This document shows positions 61,211-64,000 of a stretch of 64,000 nucleotides of DNA, piece after piece (within the stretch, counting starts at the first letter, position 1; each line of letters starts with the position of its first letter). Below the pieces are notes generated by a model. It was not told the DNA's origin and did no database searches. It saw only the letters and a list, made by a program, of their open reading frames with translations. The stretch comes from Camelus dromedarius (lineage: Eukaryota), in assembly GCF_036321535.1 (NCBI RefSeq), contig NC_087437.1, positions 46,378,001 to 46,442,000 of the forward strand. Direction: 5' to 3'. The position numbers and the translations under genes are program-made.

Positions 61211-63875
61211 ATTTTATTTTATTTCATGAAAGATCCATATTAACCGGATTCTCCGCCACCTACAGTATGTGCTTATTCTGTAGCAATTCTTTTTCCTTCT
61301 ACCTTTCCCTGATATGAATTTTGGCTCCAGGATGTGACAGAATGGATGCCTGGGCTTGAATCTTCTATTCTTTTGTAAGTGGTAGCATTTATCGTCCAAA
61401 TGCAAAAGAATGAGCCCTTTAGGGGATTGTACACATACTTAGAAAGAAAACTAAAACAAACAAACAGACAAGTGGTCTTTAATATCATTCAGCTCATTTG
61501 CCTTTGTGTACCAAATGTCAGTTTGCTCCTAGAAAAGTATTCTTTGAATAGAACCTTGGGTTAAAAAGAGCTGTGGGTTAAATTAATGGTGTAGTTGGCT
61601 ACTGACATTGGTCCTTGTGTGAAGAAGGCAGATTTACTCAGCCCTGTTCTCTTACCCAGTTTTGCGTCTCTTTCACTGAGGCAGATAAATAGTCAGTTTG
61701 AGACAGCTCTGTGGGTGGACCTTCTGTCCCTAACATCTAGAGTCGCCCCCAAATGGTGAACCATTGTAAACGAAAATACCAAGTGTCCTGTACTTACAAG
61801 TCACATCCTTCCCTGTGTAATTGTCTTGGAACTACTTTCACAGCCAAAAAGTTCTGCCTCAGTGCAAATCTTTTCCTCTAAGCAGCACTTTTAGGAACTT
61901 GAGGAATTGCTGAAGGTAGGGAGAAATTTTAGGAGATCTAGATTCTAATTAACTTTTCCCCTAATTAACTGTCACCATCCCTTTGTGATTGCAACTAAGA
62001 CTCTCAAAGATAAAGGGAGGCACTGAGGATGGCAGTAGCTCAAGTCCAACAAGCTCACAGAATTCTTCCTTCCCCTTCCCAAGATTTTAAAGCGAAAATT
62101 ATCCTATGAATATAGGTGATATGAGAGGGAAGGGGAGAAGTGGTGATTTTTTAAAACATAAACTGGATGTCATTTTTCTCTACAGAACCAAGTAACTTTT
62201 TCATATATTAGTGAATACATTTTCTCAATCTCCTCATGACATCTGTGCCTTCCTTTCCATGACATTTAATAGTTCACTGCTGGATAGATGATTAAATTTT
62301 CCACTGTGCAAATCAACAGTTCCTGTTTCTTTCCTCTCTCCTCCATCCTTTTTCTGTCCGATAGACTTATCTTCCCTATATTCCTGGAATAGACTTTCCA
62401 AGTTTTGGGCTGCTGTTCATGGTGTCTGCATTTTCCAGGAATGCTCAGTTCTTTCCTCTTTACCTACTGAAATCCTTCCTATCCTTTGAGGCATATTTCA
62501 AATATCACCTCCTCTAATGAGGTTCTTTACACAAAATACGCCTCCAATGAAGAGTCACTGATAAATTTTCTTGGTTATTCTTGCCATAGTTAATGGTTTT
62601 TTACTTTTCCAAAATAGATGGACTTCCCATTTAATTTCAGTCTCTTATAACTCTCATTCCAACTCTTTCTTCCAGTTTATGAGTTGTACCCCATGAGTGT
62701 GATCTTTGCAGTCAAGGGCTCTCTCTCTGTACTCTCCTTAATCTTTCTCTGACTACATGACTGTTCTCTCTACTCCAAAGCTGCGTTTGGAGATATCACT
62801 GCCTTTGCCTTTGAAATCCTCTGTCTAGCACATTCTCTCAGTTTCCTCTTACTCTATTTTTGTGGTTTCAATCCTAGCGCACAGCACAGTTACTTTTATT
62901 ATGGTATCCTCTTTTCAACATTTCTTCCCCTCCCAGTCCTTCTGCAAAGTTCATCTTCAAGACTTGTTTCTCCTCCTTAAGTCACTTTTCTTCCCAACTG
63001 TCGATCTTGTGTCCAGCTTACCCTAGTGGAGTGTGCTTCTGAAACAGCGCCTTTCTCTCTCTCTCACCTTCAGACAGCTGGACAGTTAATGTTCCTAGCC
63101 CTGGTTTTGTCTTCTAAAAGCTTGTGCTGCTTCTTGGGAATACACGGGCCACATGTTCCCAGTGGCCTGTCTCCTCCCTCAGGCCTCATACTAATGGAAT
63201 TAGGATTGACACCCACCCTCAGAGGAGCCGCACAGGAGTCAGAGCCTGGGGCAAAGCATGGGTTCAGCTCTGTCTCAGACTCATTGCCATGCAGCTGCTC
63301 CCCTTCATCCACTGTGAGTCCCCGGTACCACCTGCCCAGACCACCGCCCACCCAGGGTCTTAACCACTTAACGAGTTAATTTTTTATTCTGAATTGTCCT
63401 TTTGTTTCCTGATGCCTCTCTGAGTTGTTCATTGACATCTTGTTTGCCCTTCTTTCTGCCTGACTGCGGAAGCCTTGAGCTCTTCCTGTTTCCCCTCTCC
63501 TTTGGACTGAAGCCTTTGATTCTCAGACTGCTTGCCTGGGATACAGTCTCTCTCTGTCTGGTTGGTCTTCTTTCTAAGAATATGGTTTGCTCTTGCCTTT
63601 GCTATCCATTTAGTCCTTCGGGCCCTGCCTGACTCCCTGGGCCTCTGGCTTCCATTGCCAGTACAGATCCTCATCCCAGATCAAAATAATAACTGCATAT
63701 TGTGTACTTATTGTATACAAAGCATTGTGTGACTTGTGTCAGAGATATAAAAATGAATAATACAAGTACTGTCTCTCAAGGAATTTATGATCGAATGTAA
63801 GGCCAATTTATTTGTAAAGGGCAGACTGGGATGAATTACCTAAGTGAGATTCAGGAAAGTGAAAGATGAAGTTCG

Positions 63876-63894
63876 GTGTGTGTGTGTGTGTGTG
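63876..63894. repeat. (TG)n microsatellite
   Basis: Directly visible. Confidence 0.9.
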
Positions 63895-64000
63895 TTGTGG
63901 GCAGGGTGGTGGTGATCGGGGCAGTTTGCTTGGAGGAGGTGTGTGTGGGACTGATTTGAAGACGGGTAGGGCCATAACCAAGGGGATACATGTCTGGACA

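Overview
This is mammalian genomic DNA: AT-rich, CpG-depleted, with no CpG island, and it reads as intronic or intergenic sequence. I could not recognise any protein-coding gene, RNA gene or processed pseudogene. Most identifiable features are transposable-element fossils (MIR, L2, old and young L1, MLT1/MLT2/ERV1 solo LTRs, hAT-Charlie and Tigger MITEs, several of them nested) plus microsatellites. The young L1 3' UTRs look cetartiodactyl, most like camelid, and I saw no Alu, Bov-A/BovB or PRE-1. This is recognition from memory, not a database search, so all subfamily names and repeat boundaries are approximate. The most unusual structure is a 206-bp inverted duplication (28782-28987 / 29761-29966, 5 mismatches, 773-bp spacer) of local sequence that cuts through an old MIR. 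Secondary leads are a ~263-codon stop-free frame at 60258-61049, a few isolated exon-like segments, a solo ERV1 LTR with a duplicated 5' end, and a tail-less L1 fragment inside a Tigger MITE. I cannot support a claim of a new biological system from sequence alone.
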